A DNA stretch of 64,000 nucleotides from an uncultured Verrucomicrobiae bacterium (lineage in GTDB: Bacteria; Verrucomicrobiota; Verrucomicrobiia; Chthoniobacterales; UBA10450). The position numbers and the translations under genes are program-made. Below the pieces are notes generated by a model that made no database searches, had not been told where the DNA came from, and saw nothing but the letters and a program-made list of their open reading frames with translations. Positions within the stretch are counted from its first letter, which is position 1. Every line of letters starts with the position of its first letter. The stretch lies in contig CAWECA010000013.1 of NCBI GenBank assembly GCA_963807435.1, forward strand, positions 96,805-160,804, written 5' to 3'. Of the stretch, positions 22,044 to 31,222 are shown piece by piece.

Positions 22044-22892
22044 ATGCGAGATGGAATTCTGGAACCTCTCGCGCGTTCTCCACCCGGCCGTTACTATTGC
22101 GTTGTGATCTTTTCGTTCTTGAAAGAGCGCCGTCGCCGTCGCCTAAGAAATCGAAGATTCTCACAAGAATGGATCGGGTTAATTCAGCATCATGTTGCGT
22201 TTTTTCCCAAACTGTCCGGGGCAGACCGGAGTGAACTGCTTGGTCACGTTCAAGTGTTTCTCGATGAGAAACGTTTTGAAGGCTGCGGCGGTCTCACGAT
22301 TAAGGATGAGATCCGGGTAACCATCGCGGCGCAGGCTTGTCTTTTACTGTTGCATCGTACGACGGATTATTTTCCCGGACTGCGAACAATTCTTGTTTAT
22401 CCCACCACGTACATGGTGGAAGACAGGCGGCAGGTCGGCGAGCATGTGTGGGAGGAAGGAACAATGCCGCGGCTCGGCGAGACCGGCCGCAAAATGGGTT
22501 CGTTGGTTCTGGCGTGGGGCGCCGTCAAACATGGCGCGGCGGATCCTGCCGACGGGAAGAACGTGGTTCTGCATGAATTTGCGCACCAACTCGATTTCGA
22601 AAATGGTGCAGCCGATGGTGTGCCCGTATTACCGACCCGGGAGCAACAATTAACCTGGGGCGAGGTCATGAAATCCGAATTCGCGTCGTTGCGTGCCGCA
22701 GATGAGACCGGCGTACCGACCTTGCTCAATACTTACGGTGCGACAAATCCTGCTGAGTTTTTCGCCGTATCTGTCGAAGCATTTTTTGAGCAACCGCGTG
22801 CATTAAAAGATCGCCATGAGCACTTGTACGCGGAGCTGCAAAAGTATTTTCAACAGGACCCGACGGAATATTCTGCGGAACGCACATTATAG
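22044..22892 (+). CDS. zinc metallopeptidase, M90/MtfA family
   Basis: HEFAHQLD zinc motif plus NPAEFFAVSVEAFFEQP. Start is uncertain (ATG 22044 or GTG 22104); the track start 21867 overlaps the divergent aminotransferase. Confidence 0.75.
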   Translation: MRDGILEPLARSPPGRYYCVVIFSFLKERRRRRLRNRRFSQEWIGLIQHHVAFFPKLSGADRSELLGHVQVFLDEKRFEGCGGLTIKDEIRVTIAAQACLLLLHRTTDYFPGLRTILVYPTTYMVEDRRQVGEHVWEEGTMPRLGETGRKMGSLVLAWGAVKHGAADPADGKNVVLHEFAHQLDFENGAADGVPVLPTREQQLTWGEVMKSEFASLRAADETGVPTLLNTYGATNPAEFFAVSVEAFFEQPRALKDRHEHLYAELQKYFQQDPTEYSAERTL

Positions 22893-23019
22893 GGCGTCTG
22901 TGTCAGGTGCCAACCTTCGTCCCGGCGTTTCATAGAATGGAATTGGCGGGCGCCAATGACATAGACGGAAAGCGCGAAGGGGTGAGCGAGCTGGCGCGAG
23001 AGAATGAAACGCCCTACAG

Positions 23020-23670
23020 CTACTGCGGCTGCGGAACAATCCGGATATACGGCTTGGGGGCTTTCCAGCCCTGCGGATAACGTTTCTTTGCCTCTTCGTC
23101 GGAGACAGAACCGGAGATGATGACGTCCTCACCAGGCAACCAGTTCACTGGCGTAGCGACCTGGTGCTTCGCCGTCAGTTGCAGTGAGTCAATCACCCGC
23201 AGCACTTCGTCGAAGTTACGGCCGGTGCTCATCGGGTAGACAAGTATTAGCTTGATCTTCTTGTCTGGTCCGATGACGAAAACATTCCGCACTGTCGCGT
23301 TATCCGCCGCCGTGCGTTTCTTAGGATCGCCCTCTACCTCGGCCGGAAGCATTCCGTAGAGCTTCGCAATCTTGAAGTCAGCATCACCAATCATCGGGTA
23401 ATTTGGAAAGTAACCCTGGGTTTCTTCGATGTCCCTGGCCCAGCCCGCATGGTCACCAGTCGAATCGACTGACAATCCGATGATCTTCACGTTTCTGCGG
23501 TCGAATAGCGGTTTGATTTTTGCCATGTAACCGAGCTCGGTCGTACAGACCGGTGTGAAATCCTTGGGATGAAAATAAGACTGCCCACGAATTCCCGATC
23601 CAATCGTGAAACCGGATTCGGCCTTCGGTGGTTTCTGCTTCGAAATCAGGGCTGTCTCTCCAATTTTCAT
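23020..23670 (-). CDS. 1-Cys (Prx6-type) peroxiredoxin carrying two compensating frame changes near the N-terminus
   Basis: [15 protein letters not shown] active site and a Prx6-like C-terminus. The conserved [27 protein letters not shown] segment is encoded in an alternative frame between about 23651 and 23572. Confidence 0.85.
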   Translation of the reverse strand: MKIGETALISKQKPPKAESGFTIGSGIRGQSYFHPKDFTPVCTTELGYMAKIKPLFDRRNVKIIGLSVDSTGDHAGWARDIEETQGYFPNYPMIGDADFKIAKLYGMLPAEVEGDPKKRTAADNATVRNVFVIGPDKKIKLILVYPMSTGRNFDEVLRVIDSLQLTAKHQVATPVNWLPGEDVIISGSVSDEEAKKRYPQGWKAPKPYIRIVPQPQ

Positions 23671-23849
23671 TCTTCGTTCTCCTTACTTTGCATCGGGTGA
23701 TGGTGCTTGGATTCGCGGCGCGGAAGTCAATGCCGAGATGCAAAGATCCGATGAAAATTACCCCTACTTCAGAACGATCGATAATAGGCTCGGCCTTAAT
23801 CTCACGAGTGAGCGGCTCGCACACTCTGCGGACGTGGAGCAGATCTGAG

Positions 23850-24815
23850 TCAACGGATCAGATCGCAGAACTTGTTGAGATCGATGTTTCCCCCTGAGAC
23901 GATTGCAACGATCGGGCCTTTGCCGGCTTTTCCTTTTAGCGCCGCGGCCAGCGGCAGCGCGCCTGCGCCCTCGGAGATTACCCGCGTTTTCTCCGCCATG
24001 AGTCGCATAGCGTTTTTTGTTTCCTCGAGGGTAACTACGAAGCAGCCATCCACAATTGGTTTCATGCGTTCCCACATACGAGGGAACATGCTCTGACCAC
24101 CGGCGCCATCGACGAATGAGGCTTTCCAATCTTTGAATACTTGTGGCGAGCCCATCCCGAACGAGAGCGCGGCTGGTGCAGCAGTTTCCGGTTCAACGCC
24201 GAAGATTTTTATTTCGGGTTTGAGCGCCTTAATTGCACTGCCAACGCCAGTGATAAGTCCGCCGCCGCCGATGCTGGCAATGATCGCCGCCGCATCCGGA
24301 ACGTCTTCCAAAATTTCCAGTCCCATGGTTCCATGACCCGCGATGAAATCGTTGTCGTCGAACGGATGGATAAACGTCCCTTCGACGCCGGGAAACGAGC
24401 GGGCGTCCAAGGTTTTCCATGCCACCTCGTACGGCACAGGAATAAGCTTTGCACCGAGAGCGCGCATCCGTTCCAACTTCGATTTTGGCGCAGTCTCGAT
24501 CACGACGACGGCGCAAGGGACGCCTGCTTCTCGCGCTGCATAAGCGACGCCCTGTCCCGCGTTCCCCGCGCTGATTGTCCAGACCCCGCGTTTGCGATCG
24601 GTCTCGGACAGCATGGCAACGGCGTTCGCTGCGCCGCGCAATTTGTAGGCATTGATCGGCTGCAGGTTCTCGAGCTTGAGTCGAATATCAGGAAGATCCG
24701 GACCGAGATCGAGACGAACAAGAGGCGTGCGAATGATCGTGCCTGCGATTCGGTTTCGCGCTTCCTGGATTTCAGAAAGTTCGATAGGTCGAACAGGTTC
24801 CACCGCCGATGACAT
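23850..24815 (-). CDS. PLP-dependent serine/threonine dehydratase family protein
   Basis: [15 protein letters not shown] (PLP-lysine motif) and the GGGGLITG glycine loop; 321 aa. Confidence 0.8.
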   Translation of the reverse strand: MSSAVEPVRPIELSEIQEARNRIAGTIIRTPLVRLDLGPDLPDIRLKLENLQPINAYKLRGAANAVAMLSETDRKRGVWTISAGNAGQGVAYAAREAGVPCAVVVIETAPKSKLERMRALGAKLIPVPYEVAWKTLDARSFPGVEGTFIHPFDDNDFIAGHGTMGLEILEDVPDAAAIIASIGGGGLITGVGSAIKALKPEIKIFGVEPETAAPAALSFGMGSPQVFKDWKASFVDGAGGQSMFPRMWERMKPIVDGCFVVTLEETKNAMRLMAEKTRVISEGAGALPLAAALKGKAGKGPIVAIVSGGNIDLNKFCDLIR

Positions 24816-24919
24816 GCGACTAGTGTAAAGGTCGCTTCAATCGCCGCAATCCAGTCTTGTTCTGTTGCGCCGGGGCAAAACATCTCCGGCCATTGTCTAG
24901 TCGTGACGAAACATACCAA

Positions 24920-24947
24920 GATTCTTCGCTTTGCTCAGAACGATGCA
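24920..24947. repeat. solo copy (reverse orientation) of the TCTGAGC(G/A)AAGCGAAGAATC repeat motif
   Basis: GATTCTTCGCTTTGCTCAGAACGATGCA is the reverse complement of a sequence matching 58284-58306 at about 21/23 positions. It is intergenic, between the dehydratase and dtd. Confidence 0.6.
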
Positions 24948-24995
24948 TGCACTTGCGTTCCGAGGAACACCGTTTTCGTCAGGCTCTGTGGTTTT

Positions 24996-25445
24996 CTAGA
25001 ACGTTTTGTCCGAGTCCAAAAGGATCGTGACCGGACCTTCGTTGACCAATTCGACCGACATCATTGCCTGAAAAACTCCCGTGCTAACGGTGACTCCCAG
25101 TTCGCGTAGCGCGGCACAAAACGTTTCGTAAAGCTCCTTCGCCTGTTCTGATGGCGCCGCTGAAACGAAACTCGGCCGGCGTTGTCCGCGCGCGTCGCCA
25201 TATAGCGTGAATTGGGAGACCACAAGCGCGCTGCCTCCCGCATCAAGTAACGAGCGATTCATTTTTTGCTGATCGTCCTCGAAAATCCGCAGGTTTGAAA
25301 TTTTCTCTGCCATGGCAGTCGCGACCTTCGATGCGTCGTTCCGGCCGATGCCAAGTAAGATCAGCAGTCCATTTTGGATTTCTCCAGTGACGCTGCTCTC
25401 CACGATTACACGCGCACGACTCACACGCTGGACGACGGCTCGCAT
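24996..25445 (-). CDS. dtd: D-aminoacyl-tRNA deacylase
   Basis: 149 aa; MRAVVQRV.., SQFTLYGD and NEGPVTILLD are canonical Dtd motifs. Confidence 0.95.
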   Translation of the reverse strand: MRAVVQRVSRARVIVESSVTGEIQNGLLILLGIGRNDASKVATAMAEKISNLRIFEDDQQKMNRSLLDAGGSALVVSQFTLYGDARGQRRPSFVSAAPSEQAKELYETFCAALRELGVTVSTGVFQAMMSVELVNEGPVTILLDSDKTF

Positions 25446-25451
25446 GTTTAC

Positions 25452-26567
25452 CTAAAGAATTCTTTTTAATAGATCGGCGAGACGCCATCCGGCTTTGTGA
25501 AGTTCGTCCCGTACGACGGAGACCGCCCATGCGCGGTAGAGCGAGCGATCCGATCGCGGTATTTCGACCGCCTCACCAGTGGCGACTACACGGTCGACGT
25601 CGAGAAAGGGCTTTACATTCCGAAATGCCACGCGCGCATGCGCCTCGCGCGCGATCGGCAAGATCTCGTCCGCCCACATTTCAGCGTAATCCTCGACCTG
25701 CGAATTCGCTGGCATTTGCCAGTTGCGCGGTTCACGTGTCGCCATTTCACGCACCAGCGCTTTTTTCAAGGGTTCCAGCTCTGCTTTCAGTTCCTTTTTT
25801 CTCGACGAGTGCGGCACTTGAGGGAAGAGGGCGCTTACCGCGTCGTAATCCCAAAACCCGTGGAATTTCTTTTTGCGAATACCTCGATGGCGCGGCGGCT
25901 CGTCGCTCAGCTCAATCGTAAAAGTATTACCGCCTTCATCCGCCAGCGCTGAACGCTCCTTGTCTGGATCCACTGGCCGGCCTTGCGCGTCAAAATAATC
26001 CGCACCGACATGCAAAGGCTGATGAATGTCAGCGACGTAATGAGCCAGCAGAATGACCGCAACAGGCTTGGTGATTCTTCGTTCGTTCTGTTCGGGGATT
26101 CGCCCCTGCAAAACATTGATGCAATATGAAATCATATGTACGATGTCCCATTTGCTGCGCCCAACCTGTCCATCGCGATATCGTTCTGCGGGCATCACCG
26201 GGACATCGGTGTAATGAAACCAGTGGTGCGAAGGCGCAGACGAATTCGGGTCGTGGGTCGGCTGGTTCGCTCGCCAAAAGTCGCGCAATTGTCTGTCGAT
26301 CTCTGGATGTCTCGAATAACGAAACGACTTGGGATCGTCTACGCCTCTCTTGTCCCAGCCCTTGATCTCGTCTGCCATCACTGCGGCTTTTTCCAATGTC
26401 AACCCATCGAGCATAGCGTAGACTTTTGCGGCAGTCGGCGTGCTCGTTAGGCGCTCGTCTGCTATGGCGCCAACAATCTGATGTCCTAGTGGACCGTAGG
26501 CATAAGTCGAAGCGCGAAACGCAACGACAATGGCAACAAGTAGAATTCTTCGAGCTGCAGGTTTCAT
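25452..26567 (-). CDS. S1/P1-family nuclease, secreted
   Basis: Signal peptide MKPAARRILLVAIVVAF; N-terminal YGPLGHQIVG and HYVADIHQPLHVG zinc-ligand motifs. Start set at ATG 26567. Confidence 0.7.
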   Translation of the reverse strand: MKPAARRILLVAIVVAFRASTYAYGPLGHQIVGAIADERLTSTPTAAKVYAMLDGLTLEKAAVMADEIKGWDKRGVDDPKSFRYSRHPEIDRQLRDFWRANQPTHDPNSSAPSHHWFHYTDVPVMPAERYRDGQVGRSKWDIVHMISYCINVLQGRIPEQNERRITKPVAVILLAHYVADIHQPLHVGADYFDAQGRPVDPDKERSALADEGGNTFTIELSDEPPRHRGIRKKKFHGFWDYDAVSALFPQVPHSSRKKELKAELEPLKKALVREMATREPRNWQMPANSQVEDYAEMWADEILPIAREAHARVAFRNVKPFLDVDRVVATGEAVEIPRSDRSLYRAWAVSVVRDELHKAGWRLADLLKRIL

Positions 26568-26584
26568 CAGATGTGCGGGGGCAA

Positions 26585-28647
26585 TCAAAACCTTACCGAC
26601 GCATCGAGTAAATGGTATTGCCAGGCAAACACTGCAAACGCGACTCCGCCAATCGCCAGAAGGATTGCGTGAGCGCGAAACCAAAGCCCATGCCCGGGAA
26701 GTCTGATAAAACGAATCGCGGCGACGACCAAAAGAACGACGCCTCCAATCAAAAGCCACCCAAAGATATGAAACGCCCATAGCCATGGATTAATGGCGTC
26801 GCCCAGGATCACGATGTGTTGCAGTCCCTGACTGAACGCAATAATCGGCGCCAGAATGAAAGCCAGTTCACCGACGCAAACGATTCGTGAAAAAAAGTAG
26901 AGAAGCCGGTCGCTTTTCGAAGTGAAAAGTGGCCGCTGATATTTTCTCCGAATGAGGTACTGCCGCCGGCCATAGAAACACGGTCAGGAACGCTAGCAGG
27001 AGGCTGCCGCCGATCACTAAGCCTGCAAAACTTTTGCTCGCGTACCACCGAACGCGTTGACCTTCGGAAATCGCGGGGAAGGGGAGCATCTCGCGTACAC
27101 GACCCGAAGCATCTGCACGAAATGCGATTCTCTCCGAACCATCGACCTCTTTGTAAACGAGCGGTGCGATCTCTTTCCATTTCTTCAATTCGCCGCTCTG
27201 ATTTTTGTCGCCTTCAACGGTCAGAATGCCGCCTTCGTCGCTGCTGACGCTAAATTGACCAAACAATGCGATAAGCTTTAAGAACGTTGTTTCTCCACGG
27301 CGCGTTCCTTCATAAATCCCGCTGGCCTTGTGCCCGTCGGATTTCTGGGTGCCGGCATCGACATTATTCGGTTGGTTCGGACTTGGAAAATAGCGATTCA
27401 TGAAAGTCCGCAGGATTTCGCCCCGGCCGCCGCCGACATTTTGGCCGAGACTATTGTAGGAAATGAAGTAGCCCACGTGAGCACTGGGGATAAGGACCAT
27501 GTCACTGTGAAAGTAGACTGTATCGCCGCCGTGGCCGATGACGCGTACGGGCTCCAACCAATATTCCATGAACGTAATACCCAAACCGCAAATCGTTGGA
27601 TTGAGTTCCAATTGGCGCGTTTCCATTTGTCGAACGGTTCTCCGGTTTCAAAATCGTAACTCCGTCGACGCTGCCTCCCTGTAGAAACGCAAGCATAAAA
27701 CGTGTCATATCGGTCGCAGTGGTCGACAGTGCGCCAGCCGGCGCAGCTTGAACCCACTCGAAGTCGCGAGGTTGCTTTGAGGCGCTCAGATAACCCTTCG
27801 ACATTTGAGGCGCGAGCCTCTGCGGCAACGGTTGAGCGAATGTAGAATTATTCATCCGCAGCGGTTTCAAAATGTGATTCTCGATATAGCGATCGAATTT
27901 CTCGACGCTTACGCGCTCGACGATGTATCCGGCAAGTGTGAAGCCGTAGTTGGAATAGGAAGGGAATTTGCCAGGCGGGAAAATACGCGCCGGCATTTGA
28001 TTTGTGAGATAGGCGCGTAGCGGTCTGATGTCGCTCTCGTTCGCCACGAACAGATCCTTTAGCGTCTCCTCAAATCCGGCGGTATGAGTGAGCAATTCTC
28101 GCAGCGTGACAGGCTCCGGATACGTTCTTGGAATTGCGAAATCAAGGTAATCGTTAACGTCTCGGTCGAGATCGAGTTTGCCTTGTTCGACTAACTGCAT
28201 CACCGCCGTGGCAGTGAACAATTTCGAAATTGAACCGGGACGAAATGTCGTGTGATCGGGGAGGACAGGTTTTCTCGCTTCTAAATCAGCATAGCCGTAT
28301 CCCTTTTGGAACAGCACCTGACCATCTTTGACCACGGACACGACTGCGCCCGCAATGTTTCGGTTCCTCAATTGCGATGGAACAAGCGCGTCGAGGAAAG
28401 TCTCGAAGTCAGTTTTCGTCAACTCAGGCGCCCCGCCTGGCTCTGACGTTGTGGCTGCGGAAATGTTTGCTGGCGCCGGCGAAGGCAGCGGAACGAGCGG
28501 CGATGGAGCTGGTCCCTGGCCCTGGGCCGCACTTATTAGCGTCCAGCTTACTGTCACGATCAGAGGGCATCGGCGAATGGCTTTCCGCATCGGATCGAGT
28601 GTGCCAGTTATGAAGAGTGTTACAAGAACGCGCTTTATTCCGCGCAT
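26585..28647 (-). pseudogene. beta-lactamase-family serine hydrolase with a C-terminal membrane domain, broken by two frame changes
   Basis: Track ORFs 27502-28647 (SxxK: PGSISKLFTA; YSNYG), 26868-27626 (VIGHGGDTVYFHS) and 26585-26812 (TM helices) join into one protein when 1 nt is removed at 27636-27642 and at 26954-26960. Confidence 0.8.
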
Positions 28648-29396
28648 CTACCTGCGAGGCGGATTTGAATCGTCCTGATCCGTCGCTTCAATTTTTCGAA
28701 ATGCGATCCCTTCCAGTAAATCTGGCCGCAGCCACGACAGCGGCGGAACTGTCTGTAATAGATTTTTGTAAGCGGCTCGAGTTTGTCGATGACTTCCGGC
28801 TTGGTTACTGGTTCCAGCAGGGCGTTACAGCGAAGGCAGCGCGTGAAGGGTGCGATCAAATCCAAAAGCCTGAAACGCCCGACCACCTCGATTGTTTGTT
28901 CTTCGGCGTTTTGTGATCTGGGGAAGTATCCGTGTCGAACGATCGCGTGCATGAGCAGGCGGCGATCGCGGGTCAGAAGCGTCCGATTCTCGCGGACCAT
29001 CAGGTTGAGCAATTCCCGGTCATCAGCGTTTCGGTTGTAGGCGATATCAAGCCCGAGTAGGCGCAGGTTTCGGGTCAGTCTCCCCAAATGACCATCTGCG
29101 ACAAACCGCATATTACCAACTGTTTGTAGTGGTTGTTGTATTCTAAGCGTAGAAACATCATTAATAGGAAATACATCCACCTCTGCGTCTTCCGCCACAG
29201 TTTGCTGGAAGCTGACGGCCCGACCGTTTACCAGGATCGTATCCACTTCCGGATGCGGCACACCACACGATTCGATGACGTCCTTGACAGAGGTCTTTTC
29301 GCTCAGGCTGCGTTCAACAGTTCGACCTCGGACTTCCGCGCGGAGAAAGAAATCGAGGTCGCCGTGAAAGCGGAGGCAGACCTTGAACGAAGTCAC
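28635..29396 (-). CDS. Mut7-C RNase-domain protein (PIN-like) with an N-terminal ubiquitin-like domain
   Basis: 253 aa; FVADGHLGRLTRNLRLLGLD.., TRDRRLL and the C-terminal zinc ribbon CLRCN..CRGCGQIYWKGSH are typical of Mut7-C/DUF82. GTG start. Confidence 0.7.
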   Translation of the reverse strand: MTSFKVCLRFHGDLDFFLRAEVRGRTVERSLSEKTSVKDVIESCGVPHPEVDTILVNGRAVSFQQTVAEDAEVDVFPINDVSTLRIQQPLQTVGNMRFVADGHLGRLTRNLRLLGLDIAYNRNADDRELLNLMVRENRTLLTRDRRLLMHAIVRHGYFPRSQNAEEQTIEVVGRFRLLDLIAPFTRCLRCNALLEPVTKPEVIDKLEPLTKIYYRQFRRCRGCGQIYWKGSHFEKLKRRIRTIQIRLAGRCAE

Positions 29397-29397
29397 A

Positions 29398-30111
29398 TCA
29401 ATTTACGATTCGCAGGCTCGCGTAGGCGTACTCAAAGGTAGTCGCACTTGGACGACCTTGGAGGCTTCCGGGCCCGAGCGGTTCATCTTCGCCGAAATAG
29501 CAATCGATTTGCCACCGGCGCAGGCCGCCGCCGGTATCCATGATTCTCCAGCGATTGCTGCCGAAAATTTTCTGTAACTCCGGCGACGAGGTTTCTATAA
29601 CGACACCGCGATGCAAGCCAGCGTGGCCGCGTTTGATTGCCGCCGAGTAACGCGGCACCAACACACCGCCTGCACCCATCGGATGTGACGCGAAGGCGTA
29701 TGAGTCGCTGCCGTTATAGCGTATGTAGCTATGTCCATTCACCGGTGTGATGATTCTTCCGAACCCTTCCTTTTTTACCGAGCGCAGAAAGTCGCGCGGG
29801 TACCTTCGGCCATGAAGCCCCGGTTTCGTGACGGGGGTCGCGTCGAAACCGCGCTGCAGAGTATAACCCGATTCCTTCGGCGTGTAATAGATCGTGCAGA
29901 CAACGAAGTATTCTCCGTTATGTCCCTGCGGTCGCCGCGCCAGTTTATCATTCTCATAGGCGAGGCGCTGCACCACCTCGGGCCATGGAATCTCGGCATG
30001 AGCAGCTGAATGGATAGCTGACAGGACCAAACCCGTCAGAGGAGCGATCAAGCGCCGAAGACCGAGTCGATGGGTCCGCCGATTATGACCTCGATGGGAA
30101 GTCGCTTCCAT
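29398..30111 (-). CDS. 3D-domain (MltA-like) protein, secreted
   Basis: C-terminal IMDTGGGLRRWQIDCYFGED resembles the 3D-domain aspartate motif. Signal-like LIAPLTGLVLSAIHSAAHA. Start is ATG 30111 or TTG 30051 (TTGA overlap with the namZ stop). Confidence 0.5.
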   Translation of the reverse strand: MEATSHRGHNRRTHRLGLRRLIAPLTGLVLSAIHSAAHAEIPWPEVVQRLAYENDKLARRPQGHNGEYFVVCTIYYTPKESGYTLQRGFDATPVTKPGLHGRRYPRDFLRSVKKEGFGRIITPVNGHSYIRYNGSDSYAFASHPMGAGGVLVPRYSAAIKRGHAGLHRGVVIETSSPELQKIFGSNRWRIMDTGGGLRRWQIDCYFGEDEPLGPGSLQGRPSATTFEYAYASLRIVN

Positions 30112-31136
30112 TCGTATTCGTAAGGCGGTTGTTTCCATTCAAAATTCTCAGGGTAAGTCTTGCGGATGTGCTTGATGATTTCCACTCCCGTTGCAAACGG
30201 TTGGAAAACGTTGCGATCTATCACGTGCATTTGCGCGCCACCGCAAAGTTCACCGGCAAACTTATGAAACGTTGGCTGGAAATAATTCTGACGAAAGAAA
30301 ACACCGGGCAGTGTTAACGCGTTCAGTTCGGTGCAAAGGTTTTGGGCATCGATGAATGGCGCACCAAAGATCTCGAATGGTCGCGTAGTGCCGCGTCCTT
30401 CGGAAATATTGGTGCCTTCAAGCAGACACATCCCGGGATAAACCGTGGCAGTATCGAGGGTTGGCATATTGGGTGACGGCATGACCCACGGCAGACCGGT
30501 TTGGTCGAACCACATCTTGCGCTCCCAATTTTTCATTGGCAGGACAGACAGGTCACAATCAGGGAAAGCTTCGTCCCGAAATTGTACTGCCAGTTCTCCA
30601 ATCGTGCGGGCGTGCCTGACAGGAATGGAATGCATCCCGACAAAGGATTTGTAATTTGAATCCAGGAGCGGACCTTCATTCGTTAGGCCATTGATCGGGT
30701 TAGGCCGGTCGAACACGACCACGGCGACGCGGCCTCGCTCGCAGGCACGCATGCAGAGGTAGAGCGTCGAGATAAAAGTGTAGTAGCGAGACCCGATATC
30801 CTGGAGGTCTACGACTAACACATCAAAACCTTTCAGCATTTCGGCTGTCGGCTCTCGATGTTCACCATAGAGACTGTAAACTGGTATGTGCAGACGCGGA
30901 TGATCGTAACTTCTCCATTCGATCATGTTGTCCTGTGTCTGGCCCAGAAAGCCGTGTTGCGGGCCAAAGAACGCAGCCAGACAGAAGAGGTCTTCATTGT
31001 GTCGTTCGAGAATTCGCGAAGCATGCTCAAGCTGCGAGGATACTGAAGCCGGATGAAGCAACGCTCCAACACGCACGCCGCGAAATTTCTTGGGCCAAAG
31101 CTCCGCCAGATGGTCGAGAGGCAATTCAACTCGCAT
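30048..31136 (-). CDS. namZ: DUF1343 family exo-beta-N-acetylmuramidase (NamZ-like)
   Basis: 362 aa; GALLHPASV.., FGPQHGF.., DLQDIGSRYYTFISTL are DUF1343 hallmarks. Confidence 0.7.
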   Translation of the reverse strand: MRVELPLDHLAELWPKKFRGVRVGALLHPASVSSQLEHASRILERHNEDLFCLAAFFGPQHGFLGQTQDNMIEWRSYDHPRLHIPVYSLYGEHREPTAEMLKGFDVLVVDLQDIGSRYYTFISTLYLCMRACERGRVAVVVFDRPNPINGLTNEGPLLDSNYKSFVGMHSIPVRHARTIGELAVQFRDEAFPDCDLSVLPMKNWERKMWFDQTGLPWVMPSPNMPTLDTATVYPGMCLLEGTNISEGRGTTRPFEIFGAPFIDAQNLCTELNALTLPGVFFRQNYFQPTFHKFAGELCGGAQMHVIDRNVFQPFATGVEIIKHIRKTYPENFEWKQPPYEYEWKRLPIEVIIGGPIDSVFGA

Positions 31137-31222
31137 TCTTGTTCATGTATCACGATACCCAAGCTCTTGCGATGTAGTCGTCGTGCTGGCTCTGCCAGCC
31201 TCCAACGTTGAGGCCGACGCTT

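Noticed and set aside
23850-24815. The two PLP dehydratase genes (23850-24815 and 37912-38868) as a recent segmental duplication.
   Set aside because: The proteins share family motifs only and there is no nucleotide-level repeat. They are ordinary diverged paralogues.
26585-27180. Track ORFs 26809-27180 and 26585-26812 as independent small genes.
   Set aside because: The 75-aa ORF is the in-frame tail of the hydrolase's C-terminal membrane domain; that frame is open upstream to about 26980. The 123-aa ORF is an out-of-frame shadow of the same gene.
31137-31153. Second LexA-like site TGTTCatgtATCAC just upstream of namZ (same left half and spacer as the splB site).
   Set aside because: The right half-site (ATCAC) does not match GAACA. 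A single half-site is expected by chance.
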